A stretch of DNA of 64,000 nucleotides. It comes from Chiloscyllium plagiosum. Lineage: Eukaryota. The notes below the pieces were generated by a model. That model was given only the letters and a program-made list of their open reading frames with translations, was not told the origin of the DNA and ran no database searches. Made by a program: the position numbers and the translations under genes. Positions 62,512 through 64,000 of the stretch are shown here, in pieces (the stretch's first letter is position 1; each line of letters begins with the position of its first letter). The stretch covers positions 106,516,824-106,580,823 of the forward strand of contig NC_057715.1 of the NCBI RefSeq assembly GCF_004010195.1, read 5' to 3'.

Positions 62512-62598
62512 CTAGCAAGTTTGAGATTGACCAGTACACGATAGAACTGCAGCATCTCTGCATTGTTGCGTGATCCTTTTGAGAATTATATGATGTAC
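62512..62598 (-). other. Candidate upstream exon of P2RY8 with an in-frame ATG at 62563
   Basis: Consensus donor TAG|gtgagt (GT at 62511-62510) and possible acceptor tcatttccttacag|G. The ATG plus 17 codons plus 1 nt joins in frame to the exon at 21643. Confidence 0.42.
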
Positions 62599-62676
62599 CT
62601 GTAAGGAAATGACGCTTCAGAAGGAAGTACTTGGTTTCGTTGCCAGCTTATTTCAGAAGTTGAGCGCTAAAAAGTC
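62599..62676 (-). promoter_or_regulatory. Candidate promoter/enhancer motif cluster next to the putative upstream exon
   Basis: AGGAAATGACG (ETS plus CRE half-site), AGGAAGT (ETS) and GGTTTCG (IRF-like) within about 40 bp. Motif presence only. Confidence 0.25.
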
Positions 62677-63375
62677 TCACACACACACAGACACACCCAC
62701 GCACGTACCCACAACCACACACACTCTCTCACACACATTCATACACAAACAGACACACTCACACATAGACACACAGACACATGCACACACTCTTACGCAG
62801 ACACACACTCTTACGCAGCCACACCCACATACATACCTCACCCACACACGCTCACACACAGAAACACATATGTATTCATGCACACACAGGCACACATACG
62901 CACTCATGAACACACACATGCACACAGACACTCATGCAAACAAATGCACACGTAATATAAACTCACACAGAGGCAAACACACACACGCATGCACTGACAC
63001 GTGTACACATAGAACATAGAATAGAAAAATACAGCACACAACAGGCCCTTCAGCCCATGATGTTGTGCCGAGGATTATTCTCTAATCTAAAATAAAATAA
63101 CCTAACCTACAGACCCCTCAATTCACTGCTGTCCATATGCATGTCCAGCAGTTGCTTAAATGTCCCTAATGACTCTGCTTCCACACACATAATGCACAAG
63201 GACACATGCACACAAACACACATACATGCACACTCAGAAGCACACATATACACATATACACATGCACACATCAACACACGAACATATACATGCACATGCA
63301 CAGACACACAAATACACACAGATACACATGAAAACAAACATGCATGTGTATACATGCACACACAAACACACACAT
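62677..63375. repeat. Degenerate (CA)n tract with a CR1 3' end (about 63006-63183, minus) inserted
   Basis: Direct reading; acatagaacatagaatag tail followed by CR1 3' UTR. Confidence 0.9.
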
Positions 63376-63824
63376 CAAATTAGAATTGTCAATCACAGCT
63401 CCACTTCTACAATTTATTCTTAATTTCTTTTGCAACAGCTTGCTTTCTAAAACAATAGTCACTGGGATGTAACACCTTTTAAAAAGTGAGGGAAAGCATC
63501 AAACTTGAGCAAAAAGCATTGAATGGCACAAAGATGAGTGGCAGGTCAGATGACTAATCAGATTGTAAGGTATGGCATAGAATGACATAAGATCAACCAG
63601 GAGGAAGAAAATAAAATACGATAGGAATGTAAAATTGAACAGCAAGAGTTACTGCAGGATGCTGAAAAGGAAAAGAATAGGTAAAGTGAGCGTTAGTCCT
63701 CTAAAGACTGTGAATAGGAAATTAAAAGGAAATAATAAAGAAATGTTAGATGAAATGAACAAATATTTTGTTTCAGAAATGGAAATTACAACATATCTGG
63801 CAGCACCTCTGCAGAGAAATCAGC

Positions 63825-63860
63825 GTAAACATTTCGGGTCCAGTGACCCTTCCTCAGAAC
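63825..63860 (-). ncRNA. Minimal hammerhead ribozyme, family D (slightly decayed)
   Basis: gtt-CTGAGGA-A-GGGTC(actg)GACCC-GAAA-TG-TT; related decayed copies at 23556-23585 and about 47075-47105. Confidence 0.65.
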
Positions 63861-64000
63861 TGATGGGATTTTGTTTCTCTGTTCATTCTAGAGAACAAGA
63901 AATATTCTATTAATCACTATAAATGAAGAGGTGGAAGGGAGGGAGGAAGTTATTGAAATTGCAATCATACAGTAAGTGATATGAAACAAACAGTGAAGCT

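Noticed and set aside
62609-63462. His/Thr-rich and Cys/Val-rich ORFs (also 839-1491)
   Set aside because: Translation artefacts of (CA)n and (CT)n microsatellites.
1-64000. CRISPR arrays, rRNA genes or prokaryotic operons
   Set aside because: None seen; the window is repeat-rich vertebrate DNA.

Overview
Vertebrate genomic DNA, almost certainly from a shark (inferred from HE1-type V-SINEs, HER1/CR1 LINEs and the GPCR sequence). One host protein-coding gene is recognisable: P2RY8, on the minus strand, with its coding exon at 20556-21596. A candidate upstream exon about 41 kb away (62512-62598) would splice in frame and add 33 aa. Most of the rest is nested retroelements: CR1/HER1 LINEs, a second CR1/L2-group LINE, tRNA-derived SINEs and Penelope-like elements (PLEs). 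The most striking structure is that at least four PLE families each carry a minimal hammerhead ribozyme (CUGANGA-extra nt-stem II-GAAA-palindromic helix III). One family has also produced many 90-250 bp non-coding insertions that start at the ribozyme, often have an inverted arm about 36-39 nt shorter than the other, and are flanked by 10-16 bp target-site duplications (TSDs). TSD and ribozyme coordinates were read by eye from the sequence; boundaries of old repeats are approximate.
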